From positions 10,044,001 to 10,108,000 of the forward strand of contig NC_043008.1 of NCBI RefSeq assembly GCF_006345805.1: a DNA stretch of 64,000 nucleotides, given 5' to 3'. The position numbers and the translations under genes are program-made. Below, one piece after another: positions 26,766 through 37,971 of this stretch. The DNA comes from Octopus sinensis. Lineage: Eukaryota. The notes below the pieces were generated by a model. The model worked only from the letters and a program-made list of their open reading frames with translations, searched no databases and was not told the origin of the DNA. How positions within the stretch are numbered: the first letter of the stretch is position 1; each line of letters starts with the position of its first letter.

Positions 26766-26781
26766 CGACGACGACGACGAC

Positions 26782-26819
<38 letters not shown>

Positions 26820-26930
26820 CGACGACGACGATGATGATGATGACAACGATGATGACGACGAGGAGGAGGAGAAAGATGATGATGATGACGACGGCAATGA
26901 CGATGATGATGACGATGATGATGATGTTAA
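26590..26930. repeat. (GAT/GAC)n trinucleotide tract
   Basis: Direct reading; produces artefactual poly-D/M/S/I ORFs. Confidence 0.9.
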
Positions 26931-27342
26931 CTAAATAAATCAATGATTATCTCTTCTCGCTTCTTCTTATGTTTCTGCTGTCAGCCATTATTGAGAAGAT
27001 AATTGATTAATTGTTTATTAACCTCGTTGTTTTCTACACTTTTATTGGCCTCCTACCACACGTCTCCACTCAGCCACTCCCGTCTCTCTCCTACCCTACA
27101 TCGTCCCAACCCATTACCTAAAATCCCCGTTTATCCTTATTATCCCTTTTTTTCCGTCCATTCCTTCCTCCCAACAATGTACTCCTTCTGGTATTCTCCT
27201 ACCGTCTGCTTACGTTTTTTTCCTGAAGCCGTCTACTGTCAACCCTTCAAGGGAAACATTAACCCTCGGGATTTTACGGATGTTTAAAGACCGACGAACA
27301 CCGTGGGGACAACCCTTCCTCCAGGTAAATGCATTGTAAATT

Positions 27343-27733
27343 TCTCTCTCTATAAAGCTGAAGTTGTCTGTGTATGGCAGGTTTGGTAGCATTCAACTAA
27401 CACTATCTCCTCCGAGACCCTGCGGCGCAAGTTGATCAAAATTGAGAGCATGATAGAAGAAGGCTTGCTCTTCCATCCGTAGAAGAAAAAATTCAAATTG
27501 GACCATGTTAACACCAAAAATTATTTACATCAAAAAGGTGCTTTTATTCTATGAAAATCCCTATCTTTTTACGATTTTTTGACTGCTGTGTCGCCATTTT
27601 TCGGTGTATTTCAACCAGAAAAATGTTCCCTTAAAGAGAATAACAAGCTACATAATGCAAAATTTTTACTTTTCAAAAATTCCAATTCTAAAGGGTCGAA
27701 ACAAACCCGAGCAACGCCGGGCGATACTGCTAG
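27343..27733 (+). mobile_element. Non-autonomous Helitron (same family as 14090-14474)
   Basis: TC..TATAAAGCTGAAG start, CCCGAGCAACGCCGGG hairpin, CTAG|T end. Confidence 0.85.
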
Positions 27734-28032
27734 TATTTAAATAATTCAAAACGAAAATGAGACGGTCGAGTCAGTTATGAGATTTCCATTCCTTGTTAAA
27801 AGCTTTTTCACTTCGCTGCTGACATTAATGCCAATAAAAATAAATGATACAAAGATACGTTCCAGCCTCTGACTCACAGGTGTACATGTTTTCTCTTTCT
27901 ACCTATTGCACTACTAACACCATGGCCTCTGACCTTTGTAGTTGGCTGGTCTCGGGTTACCTATATTCAGGTATTTCCAATTCTCTTATTTCTCCTCCTC
28001 TCATCATCCTTGTTGTGCCCCGGCGCCTCACA

Positions 28033-28395
28033 CCCGCACCAACCAAAATGCCTATCGGATCCCGCATTAACCAAACCGACTTTCAAACCTCGCACTAACC
28101 AAAACACTCTTCAGACCCCGCACTAACTGAAATGGCCTCCAAACCACGCACTAATCAAAACACTTTTCAGACACCACAGTAACCAGAAGATCGTTCTAAC
28201 CAAAACATCTTTCAGATCCCGCACTGACCAAAATAAACTTCAGACCCCACAACAGACTCCCTTCAGACTACACACTAACCAAAATTCTCCTCAAACCCCG
28301 CACTAACCAAAATTCCCATCAGATCCCGCACTAACCAAACTGTCTTCCAGAGCCCGCACTAACCAAAACACTCTTCAGGCCCCGCACAAACCAAA
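28033..28395. repeat. Degenerate 28-bp minisatellite, about 13 units, conserved CCCGCACTAACCAAAA
   Basis: Units start at 28033, 28061, 28089, 28117, 28145 and continue with some indels. Confidence 0.85.
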
Positions 28396-29334
28396 GGGCC
28401 CAGTTTTTCTTCCCCAGAAGATCATTCATTTGGAACTCCTTCCCTGCTGATGTCTTTCCACCTCGCTGTTCTCAGAAAATCTGATGAAGCTATGAGCCCT
28501 GCACCTTCCCCTACACTTAATCCATCTCCCAGTTTTACACTATTGCTTGATCCTCTGTTGCAATTATTTGGGCCAGATTTCTTTCAGAGACACTACAAAG
28601 GGCCATGGGCCCTTCCTCCTGACTTAAGCGATAAAAAAGTTGTTGTTGTCGAGCTTCAGAACAGCCTTGATTGATCAGATCTATAATCAAAGAAGTTCCA
28701 GCCTTGACTATCCCATAGAGTGAGTTGAAGGAGATTTGGCTGCTATCTCTAGCATTATCAGCGATCGTGTGTAGAGCCTTCTCGTTAATTCATCAATTTC
28801 TTTTGCGTTAATATAGCTACTCACCCTCACCTCATTCATGCAGCCAGTTACATACAAACGCTGTCTATTCGAATATATAATTCGCCAATGTCTTTCGGAA
28901 CCATTATTTATTTTTATCATTTGCCTGTGTTTACAGTCTCCGTTCGCTCGTCAGTCTCCATTTATGGATAAAAAAACAGAAAGTTACTATAAACCAGATA
29001 CATGTAATTATTGTCGAACGAACGAATTGTAGTATTTAGAGCGTTTGTGATAGGGAAATAAAGTTATCTGGAAACGAACTGAAGCCATGAGAAATACGCA
29101 GAGAGATAAGTTATCGAGCGAAAAATTAATAGGAAACTTCAGCTATTAAAATATAAAGTTCGCTCAGTAAGTTTTCGTCGATAAATACATACGTGGCCAG
29201 CCGAGTAAATAGCTAAGCAATAAGAATAAAATATCTGCTTATAATGATTAGAATCTTGACTTAAGTTTAATTCCGGTTTGGAATTGTCGCGAGTGTGTGG
29301 TTGTCGTGGTGGTGGTCATAATAGTTGCTGTTGT

Positions 29335-29716
29335 TGTCTGTTTGTTAGTTGAGCGAAGCGATCTTCGTCCTAGAAGTCCGAAACGTGGTCCTTTTGCTAT
29401 TGGGAAGACCCGCAGAAGAGAAATCAGGTCACCCTCCCCCCCCCCCCATCCGACACGGAGAGCATCGACGGACGGATGAATGCGCATCCAGGCTCAGCGG
29501 TTGCGTAGGAAGTCGGGGACAAGAAACAGGAAGAAAGATTGAGAGAAAGTTGTGACGAAAGAGTACAACAGGGGTCGCCACCATCCCCTGCCGGATCCTC
29601 GTGGAGGTTTAGGTGTTATCGCTCAATAAACACACACAACGCCCGGTCTGGGAATCAAAACCGCGATCCTCCGACCGCGAGTTCGCTGCCCTAACCACTG
29701 GGCCATTGCGCCTCCA
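29335..29716 (-). mobile_element. tRNA-derived SINE (family E, probably tRNA-Arg-like head)
   Basis: Minus head GGAGGCGCAATGGCCCAGTGGTTAGGGCAGCG..GATCGCGGTTTTGATTCCCAGACCGGGCG, shared with 36021-36390. Confidence 0.8.
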
Positions 29717-30751
29717 CTGCTGCTGTTTGTTGCTAATGAATGAAAATGTATTTCTCGACCTGCGTGAAGAAGTGACTAACAACACTCGTGAAAAATTAAC
29801 AGAAGATTTTATTATTATACATAGAGTTTTAACTTTACAAATAATAACAGTAATAATTACATACGGGGAGAGATGAAAAGACCGCTCCGCGTTAAAAGAA
29901 GTTACTTACGAGAGATGTTGTGTGAATGTTTAATTCGGTCTATCCAAGAACCTGAAGACGTCTGCGCATGTCCCTAGCAAGAGTCGGGGCGCATTTTTCT
30001 CAACCGCCTTCAACACTCTTCAACACATGTGAATGGGTCGGCTAGTCTCATTAGTCTGCAAAGAGTTTTGGCGCTAAAAGTGACTTTATATAAGGCACAA
30101 AGAGAAGATTATAGAAAATTGAATCAGGCTGTGGCTTGACGCTGACTGATTGCTTAATAGACCTATCACGTGAAACTACTGTGGTTTGATCGTGATGTCG
30201 GTTTCGAATCACCGCTACAAAGTCTTCGTTACTATGGCACCACTCTTGCTGTCATTAGAATAATTCACAGAAATATGATACCTGCAGAGTTATCCTTCCA
30301 CAGAAAAGACGCGACTAGTAACTCAGTATAGAAGCGAAGCAATATATGATTGCTGTAATCTAGGCAACACCATCACACGCCTCTGCTTCACTTATAAATC
30401 CGAAATAAGTGAGTATTAAAATATTTAATGCAATGATTATAAAAAAAACTAGCTAAAAATAGATATACAGCGAGAAAAAAAGTGTTAGCTCAGTGGTAAC
30501 TCAGTTTAATCATTTCAGTAAATATGGGCGACAACTTCGGACAGATTTCGATCTTATTAGAGCTTCTCAGGTTATCAATAATTTCACCAAGCTTGGTAAT
30601 GTAGCGATGAGAGAATTGCAAAGTAGAATGCTTAAAAATGCAAATCAGTAATGTGAGTTCCTTAGAGGCGCCATCTGCACAGAACAACATACGTCAAGTT
30701 GCTATTAACATACTCAATGTTGTGAGTATTACACATCTAATTACAAATAAC

Positions 30752-30804
30752 AAGTAAAATACGAGTAAAATACGAGTAAAATACGAGTAAAATACGAGTA
30801 AAAT
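30752..30804. repeat. 11-bp tandem repeat (ACGAGTAAAAT) x ~4.5
   Basis: Direct reading. Confidence 0.9.
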
Positions 30805-31134
30805 GTTAACAGTTGTTAACTAATAATGATTGAAGTGGAGAAGAGACGTGTCTTAAAAGTAAACTTCTGATAAATTCACGATTATTTTAATGTTATGCAG
30901 GAATTTGCAAGATCGTTGGAGACTGCTGGGTAATACCAGAATGTTTTACCAAAAAGAGGAACAAATCTAAGAAATAAATCTGGGAATAAAGATTCGTTAC
31001 TTGTTTTGGGAAATTCAGTAAAAGTCTTTTACGTGAATAACACCACAAGAGATCAATACACATTCAGAGACGAATATCTAAGTATTTAAGAACTGCAAAC
31101 ATATATTTGTGGACAGAGGTAAAAACCTGGTGTA

Positions 31135-31213
<79 letters not shown>

Positions 31214-31334
31214 ATAAAAATGGCAAAAACAACAAAAGAATGAAGAGACCTCGATATTTTGTAAATAGAGGAATTTATCTGTAAATGTAATATGTGACAA
31301 TTATTCGGTAACCATGATATATATATATATATAT

Positions 31335-31487
31335 ATTAGACAAAAAGAGATTACAATGCCAAGGCTGTGATGAAGGGATATCCTTAATATCCCAGAAACA
31401 GCTATAAGACTATATCTGTATCTCTTTCCTTATAAATGTCCTGAAAACTCCTCTCAGCCTTGGCTTCGTTATCTCTTTTTGCCTAAT
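31335..31487. mobile_element. Short fold-back element in (TA)n with ~33-bp inverted ends and an internal degenerate hammerhead-like motif (31367-31410, +)
   Basis: ATTAGACAAAAAGAGATTACAATGCCAAGGCTG / CAGCCTTGGCTTCGTTATCTCTTTTTGCCTAAT. Inside: GTGATGA-A-GGGATAT(CCTTA)ATATCCC-A-GAAAC-AGCT-ATA-AGAC. Confidence 0.65.
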
Positions 31488-31517
31488 ATATATAATATAT
31501 ATGTATGTATGCATATA

Positions 31518-31575
<58 letters not shown>

Positions 31576-31767
31576 TAAGTAATACTAAGTAATTAAGGGT
31601 TTAGCAACGATTTGCCTCACCACACACCGAATTTAGAAATAGCAGTCAAAGAATTATGGCTATTCTTTCTACTTAAAAGAGAGATCTCAGTAAAACCACA
31701 GCACTCAAAAGGCAAACAACGCAGGTAAAAGAGAAAGAAATGACGACAATCATTCTATATTAAGTCA

Positions 31768-31858
31768 CCTACGGACGTACGTTTCGAAATTAAGTCATAG
31801 GAAAGCATAAAAATTAAATAATTATGTCTTACCCGACTACTTTTCTCCTCAGCGTAGG
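31768..31858 (-). ncRNA. Type I hammerhead ribozyme with canonical core and extended stem II
   Basis: Minus strand: CCTACG-CTGAGGA-[GAAA..60 nt..TTTC]-GAA-ACG(TA)CGT-C-CGTAGG. Stem I is 6 perfect bp, CUGANGA and GAAA are intact, cleavage triplet GUC (cut predicted between 31774 and 31773). Confidence 0.8.
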
Positions 31859-33001
31859 ACTCTACAATCATAAATGATTGTGTATTTAAATTTGGAGGCA
31901 CTAGAAGGCATCACCTCAACTCATGGTATCAGAGCGAGCGTAAGCCGTGACCAGTACCACCAAATTCAAAGTGATAACCATATATATATATATATATATG
32001 CTAATACAAGACCCATATTAAACTCCTCACTCGTATCACTATCGAACCACGAGTCCATACCACTTACTTAGCGTTATCTGCCACTCTTTACGTCTTCTAG
32101 ATACCAATACCTCTCATATATATATAATATATATGTATGTATGTATGTACGTATGCATATCAGCAATGCTCGTGCAGAGTTTTAGGTCCAATAAGGCTCG
32201 CACGACACCTCGTAGACCCTCTCCACTCTATTGACATTATCCAGACACAAGCCAGAGCGAGATGTCGGTGCCAACATGAGTTGCAAGCTTAGGGATGTGG
32301 GAGCACCATGATCTCTAGCACAAACCAAAGATCTCTAAAATGTCCAATGCCATTCCTTGCATACCTGGTTTTATATCAGATTGGCCTTCTCCTAGAGACA
32401 TGCTTCAACAGAAGCCGAGGGGTGCCTCACTCCGAGCGGTCTTCTAGCACACCGGACAGCATCCCGGAATTTCTGCGTACCCGTACTAGCTTGGAAAAAC
32501 TTGGTTTGCAATATTTGCAGTCGTGTATGCTTGTGAAGAGCAGGGCTCATTAGCCACCAGCGGTGCCGCAGATGCAAAATATAAGTTAGTCCTGGAGCAC
32601 ACAATGTTCCTAAAGGTCAGTAATGGTCCTCTTCAGTCACGAGTAGACGGCCATCCTGTATGTATATACGTGTGTGTGTGCGTGTATACATGCATACATA
32701 CAAACAAACAAACAAACAAGACGTTCCTGCTGAAGTCCTGGGAGTCAAAAGTCAACCAGATATTTACGGATAGTGGTCTAAGGGAGACAATCCCTTGCGT
32801 GTAATCTTTTGTCCGTGCTTTCAACGACTAGCCACGTGGTCTTTTTCACCACTTTGAAGAGAGGTTATAGGTCACCGGTCAATAAGGGTCAGGGGAGACG
32901 CCGTAAAGCTAAGCGCTTTATGGACGTGAAACTCAGAGTAATCCCACAGACCGACCATTACTATCTTTATCTAATATATATACATAGATACATATACACA
33001 T

Positions 33002-33372
33002 AAGGTGGCGAGCTGGCAGAATCGTTAGCACGCCGGGCGAAATGCTTAGCCGTATTTCGTCTGCCGCTACGTTCTGAGTTCAAATTCCGCCGAGGTCGAC
33101 TTTGCCTTTCATCCTTTCGGGGTCGATTAAATAAGTACCAGTTACGCACTGGGGTCGATATAATCAGCTTAATCCGTTTGTTTGTCCACTCTGTGTTTAG
33201 CCCCTTGTGGGTAGTAAAGAAATAGGTATTTCATCCGTCGCTGCATTCTGAGTTCAAATTCTGCCGAGGTCGTATTTGCCTTTCAGTCATTTGGGATCGA
33301 TTAAATAAGTAATCGACTTAATCCCATTGTCTGTCCTTGTTGGTCCTCTCTGTCTGTAGCAGTAAAGAAATA
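33002..33372 (+). mobile_element. Family A SINE dimer with 15-bp TSD
   Basis: AGATACATATACACA at 32986-33000 and 33373-33387; internal junction AAAGAAATA|GGTATTTC. Confidence 0.88.
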
Positions 33373-35021
33373 AGATACATATACACACACATACGTACGT
33401 GTATATATGTGTGTGTACATGCATGTATGTATCAGGCAAATTCCATAACAGATCGACGCATTTTGAATATATACAACAGTTTAAATTAACAAACAGTCTA
33501 ATAAAATAGCAGAAGAGTTTACAGATCGATGATAGAAATAAATGCCACCAGCCATTAACTCATATTCCCCATTTAACGATCACAAACACATCTTCCAGTA
33601 GAAACTAACCATAAAAGCCATTCACTCCACACACACTCTAATATAGGGGAAATTATAAACAGAATACTCGTTTGAATTATGGCAAAAAGCAAATCAGTAT
33701 TTTTCTCTACCTTCCTAGAACCAAAGAACTTTGGTAGATGAATGAGTTAACTTTACCAAACGAAAAGAAATTCATATTATTATAATTTAACATCAAAGTG
33801 TACTCTGCTTCCATCATGCAAAACCAACTCAGCGAAGTCTTAAATCACCCTAGATTTCTTACAAACACTAAGGGAAGAGAATACAAATAATAATGCTGGT
33901 TAGAAAAGCACAATTGGAATATTAGAAGACCGTTTGGATTCTCCAGAGATAAATAAAATGTTGGCATTATATTTATTGGCCAATTTAAAGAAAGATTAAA
34001 CATTGCAGATTGAGAGATGCCTTTACCGGGATGGATTCTTTACTCGTTTCAGTCATTTGACTGCGGCCATGCTGGAGCACCGCCTTTAGTCGAGCAAATC
34101 TATCCCAAGACTTATTCTTTGTAAGCCTAGTACTTATTCTATCGGTCTCTTTTGCCGAACCGCTAAGTTACGGGGACCTAAACACACCAGCATCGGTTGT
34201 CAAGCGATGTTGGGAGGACAAACACAGACACACACACATTAATCACTAAGTCCAAATGTTTTTGTTTTTTTAAATATACTAGTGTTAGATTTTTAAGTTC
34301 AAAAACATGGGTAGAATACACATGCTTAACCGACAGAAATGAAGACAATTTGGTGATTGCTGACATCACGAGGAAACTATTTATCTGTCAAACTGTTTAT
34401 CTGGTGAACTAAACATTACAACGAATCGTCATAAATTCAATTAAATCTTTTGTCCTTTTATGACATAAGATTTTCCTTTCTTCTCTTTGTTTATCGTATT
34501 ATTAAATAGACCGTTCCTCTCGCTTTAAACCCTAACGGGACTTTCATGATCTGACAGCTTCCTTTCTTTCGCTTTTGGATACGGTAAGCTTTATATGACA
34601 TGACAAAATCGATTATGTCTAACACAGGCAGCAGCGATTGAATCACGCGTATGTTATATAACGGTGGGCCTTCGATCGGTTCAATTAAGCGTAGCATGCG
34701 ATGCGAGACAAATGACAAGTTTCGTTTTGTGCGTGTGAGAGAAAGAGAGAGAGAGAGACAGTGTGTGTGTGTGTGTGAAATTATGGAAACTTCTTTCGTT
34801 TTGCACACGTAGGAAAAACTTCAGGAAAACTACAAACACCGTTTCTTCATCCAAGTCCAGTAAAACTAGCAACAAGTTTATATTTACGCTTTTAGTGAGA
34901 AATTTTGTACTTTTCAATAATTCCTACCCACCCACCCCCTCTATCTATATATATATAATGTGACCTCGTGAGCACCGCCAGCAATTTTTTTTTTTCTTTC
35001 CTCTGTCTTCCCTTCTCTTTT

Positions 35022-35056
35022 GTTTCCGACGAAGAGCTCCGCTCGAAACGTTAGAC
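35022..35056 (+). ncRNA. Minimal hammerhead-like motif in a (TA)n-flanked element (~34958-35146)
   Basis: GTTT-CCGACGA-A-GAGC(TCC)GCTC-GAA-AC-GT-T-AGAC: stem I 4 bp with one G-U, U4 replaced by C, loopless ACGT stem III. Confidence 0.5.
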
Positions 35057-36020
35057 CCTCCTTCTTCCCTTCTTTCCTGAGCGTCCAATAACACTTTATT
35101 TGTTCCGCGTCCCCACGTTGCTGTGTTTTTTGGTTTGGATTAACTATATATATATATATATATATTAATAAATTTTAGGGTAGCAAAAAATTCTAGAAAA
35201 ATTCTCCGCTACCAGCGGACAAGTGAGATAGAAAAAAAATAGTCAATAGACTATATAATATACATTCAAACATATATATATATATATAACTCTGTATCTA
35301 TTGCACTATCTCCCTATCTGTCTATCTCTCACCTCGATGTCTCTAGCTTGGCTTGGTTTGGCTTGGCTCGGCCCGGCAGCAATAAGTAATGAATGCTTTT
35401 TGGAGTTGGATCCAACTATGCCTACCCCCAGTCACTCATATTAAAAAAATATATAAGCAAAAAGAAAAAAATGTTTAAAGCACAAATAAAAAAAAATTAT
35501 CCCAACTCCATAAAAGTCCTAAACAATACTTGTCTAAAAATGGAGTCAGTCTTCTTCACTGCACAATGATGTCGGTGCGGAAAAAAAAAAACAGAAATCT
35601 AACCTAGGTCAGCTGGAAGGTATATAACATCTGCATATTCTAAGCAGACATTTACTATGCAAATGGGAAGCAAGTATTGGAAGAAAATATAATTTATAAA
35701 TATAAATCAGAAAAGAAAAGGGAAAAATGGCAAAAAGAAATGTGATCACACAGTGATATACAATTGAATAGGTTTCGGATAGTTTAAAAAACTATAGCGA
35801 CCTGAGGGTATCGACAGTCTACAGAAAAGGTTATTTTGGTTGGTGTTTATATATACTGACAGTGCTGCATTGACAAGGAAATATTCTTTTGATATGTTGA
35901 GATCTCTTTTATACTGATTTCTTACAGAAATATTAATTTTTACAAGTTCTGAGTGTGAAGAAATGGAATGGTATGTTTGGCGTTTAGTCTTGTCTAGTCA
36001 CAAATCTTAGAACAGTGGAT

Positions 36021-36390
36021 GGAAGCACTCCGTTGGTTACGACGACGAGGGTTCTGGTTGCTCCGATCAACGGAACAGCCTGCTCGTGAAATTAACGTGT
36101 AAGTGGCTGAGCACTCCACAGACACGTGTACCCTTAACGCAGTTCTCGGGGATATTCAGCGTGACACAGAGAGTGACAAGGCCGGCCCTTTGAAATACAG
36201 GTACAACAGAAACAGGAAGTAAGAGTGAGAGAAAGTTGTGGTGAAAGAGTACAGCAGGGATCATCACCATCCCTGCTGGAGCCTCAGGTGTTTTCGCTCA
36301 ATAAACACTCACAACGCCCGGTCTGGGAATCGAAACTGCGATCCTACGACCGCGAGTCCGCTGCCCTAACCACTGGGCCATTGCGCCTCC
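36021..36390 (-). mobile_element. Family E SINE with 13-bp TSD
   Basis: TAGAACAGTGGAT at 36008-36020 and 36391-36403. Confidence 0.9.
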
Positions 36391-36469
36391 TAGAACAGTG
36401 GATTAATGGCAATAAGTAAATGAATGCTTTTTGGAGTTGGCTCCAACCATGCCAACCCTCAATCACTCA

Positions 36470-36903
36470 TCACCCATATCATGTTCTTCCTATAAAATTA
36501 TTAACCATCTTACAAACAATAACTCTGAGCACCTTTTTCAAACTCCACCTGTCTAACACCCGTGGACATGTTTACAAAGTCAGAAAACAGCACAGCTCCT
36601 TCCATGACTTTCGGAAACATTTTTTTTTTCATGCTAAGAGTTGCTGAAGCATGGAACAAACTGCTGGCATCAGTTGTTAGTTGTCGGAGCACTGCATCCT
36701 TCGAAACTTCCATGCTTCCTGAGATTCGCCGACACTACACCTGATTTTCTCCCCTCCATACATACACAAGCATGTACCTGACTCATACATTGTTCGCTCT
36801 CCAGACATTTCTACATTACTGCATGTACTTTATATGCACTTTTGACAAGTTGTGGTGCACCTGAGCACAGTATACAATAATTTCATTATTATTATTATTA
36901 TTA
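36470..36903 (+). mobile_element. 3' end of a CR1-type LINE
   Basis: NTRGHVYKVRKQ..FRKHFF..RVAEAWNKLLASVVSCRSTASF, matching the CR1 ORF2 C-terminal pattern TRGH..RVVNxWNxLP; 3' UTR and (ATT)n tail. Confidence 0.8.
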
Positions 36904-37706
36904 TCATTCTTCTACAGATGTCCATCAGCAGCCATTCAACCACATCAATTTGGCTGCTATTGAAAGAATTGCAAAGGCTATGGGACCAGACCTTTCACCA
37001 GATCAGACCCTAAAACTAACCAATGACTGACTCCAAGTTTACAATCCATTCTGCACAATTCTGTTTATTTACTGCAATAGTCTCACTACACACAACCCAT
37101 AGTAAAACAATACAATTAGAATAGAAATTTCATAAGCGTCAACACAAAAAAATTCAGTCATTTTCAGCAGTGAATGTTACCAAAAACTGTTTCCTTTTAA
37201 AACAGAAATTTATGCAGATAATACACTGTTTTAGGCAACTTATTTCCTCAACAATATCCTAAATATTCCAGTGTCCACAAATTAAGTACCAGTTGAACAC
37301 TAGGGTCAATGTATTTGTTTTATCGTCGAGTGGCCTGTTGATCTGGAGTTTCAACTACATGCAAGTGCCTTTTCAGACAACTCAGACGCAGCCCTGTCTA
37401 CCTTGTCTCAAGAGGCAGTCATGCTAAGAAAGCTCCAGGGTACTAGACCAGCTCAAACTTACTGCACTCTATATTTGTATTGAGTGCTTCTCCAGATCAT
37501 TGCCCAGCAACAGTTTGTGTGTGTGTGTATATATATATGTATATACACACACACACACACATATATATATATAGATAGATATACAGTATTTAATCATATC
37601 AAAGGGAAATGGAATTTAATTAAAATTAAAAACATTCAATTAAAATTTACATTTCCAGTGGTCTAACACGTAAAAAAATTTTAGTCAAAAAGACTGTATA
37701 TTAGTC

Positions 37707-37971
37707 ATACGATATAGTGTATATTTAAACACAGAATTCACTTATAGGGATTCTACGCATTAGAAAGAACAGCTAAGTTGTATGACCACAAAAAAACGAT
37801 GATTAGAAACCAATTGGTCCAGGAAACTAGATGGTAAATGTTTTTCATTTCCAAATTGATTCCTGTCGAATTTTATCCCAAATTTTGTGGTCATAGAACT
37901 TAGCTGTTCTTTCTAATGCGCAGAAGCCCTAGAAGTGGATTCTCTGTCTTTAAATATACACTATATCATAT
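37707..37971. repeat. Fold-back element with ~85-bp inverted arms
   Basis: GATATAGTGTATATTTAAACACAGAATTCACTTATAGGGATTCTACGCATTAGAAAGAACAGCTAAGTTGTATGACCACAAAA is mirrored at ~37883-37971. Confidence 0.85.

Noticed and set aside
26539-26943. Poly-Asp/Met/Ser/Ile ORFs resembling acidic biomineral proteins
   Set aside because: Pure GAT/GAC microsatellite, open in several frames, with no signal peptide or splice support.
28033-28395. CRISPR-like repeat-spacer appearance
   Set aside because: Period only 28 bp, the variable parts are homologous, eukaryotic context, no cas genes.
31270-31318. Minus-strand CCGAATAATTGTCACAT as a hammerhead 3' half
   Set aside because: The 5' half with CUGANGA is absent (replaced by a TA tract) and GAAA is altered.
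32160-32660. GC-richer segment with short ORFs, possible LINE relic (similar uncertainty at 16050-16660, 17110-17900 and 63400-64000)
   Set aside because: No motif I could identify with confidence.
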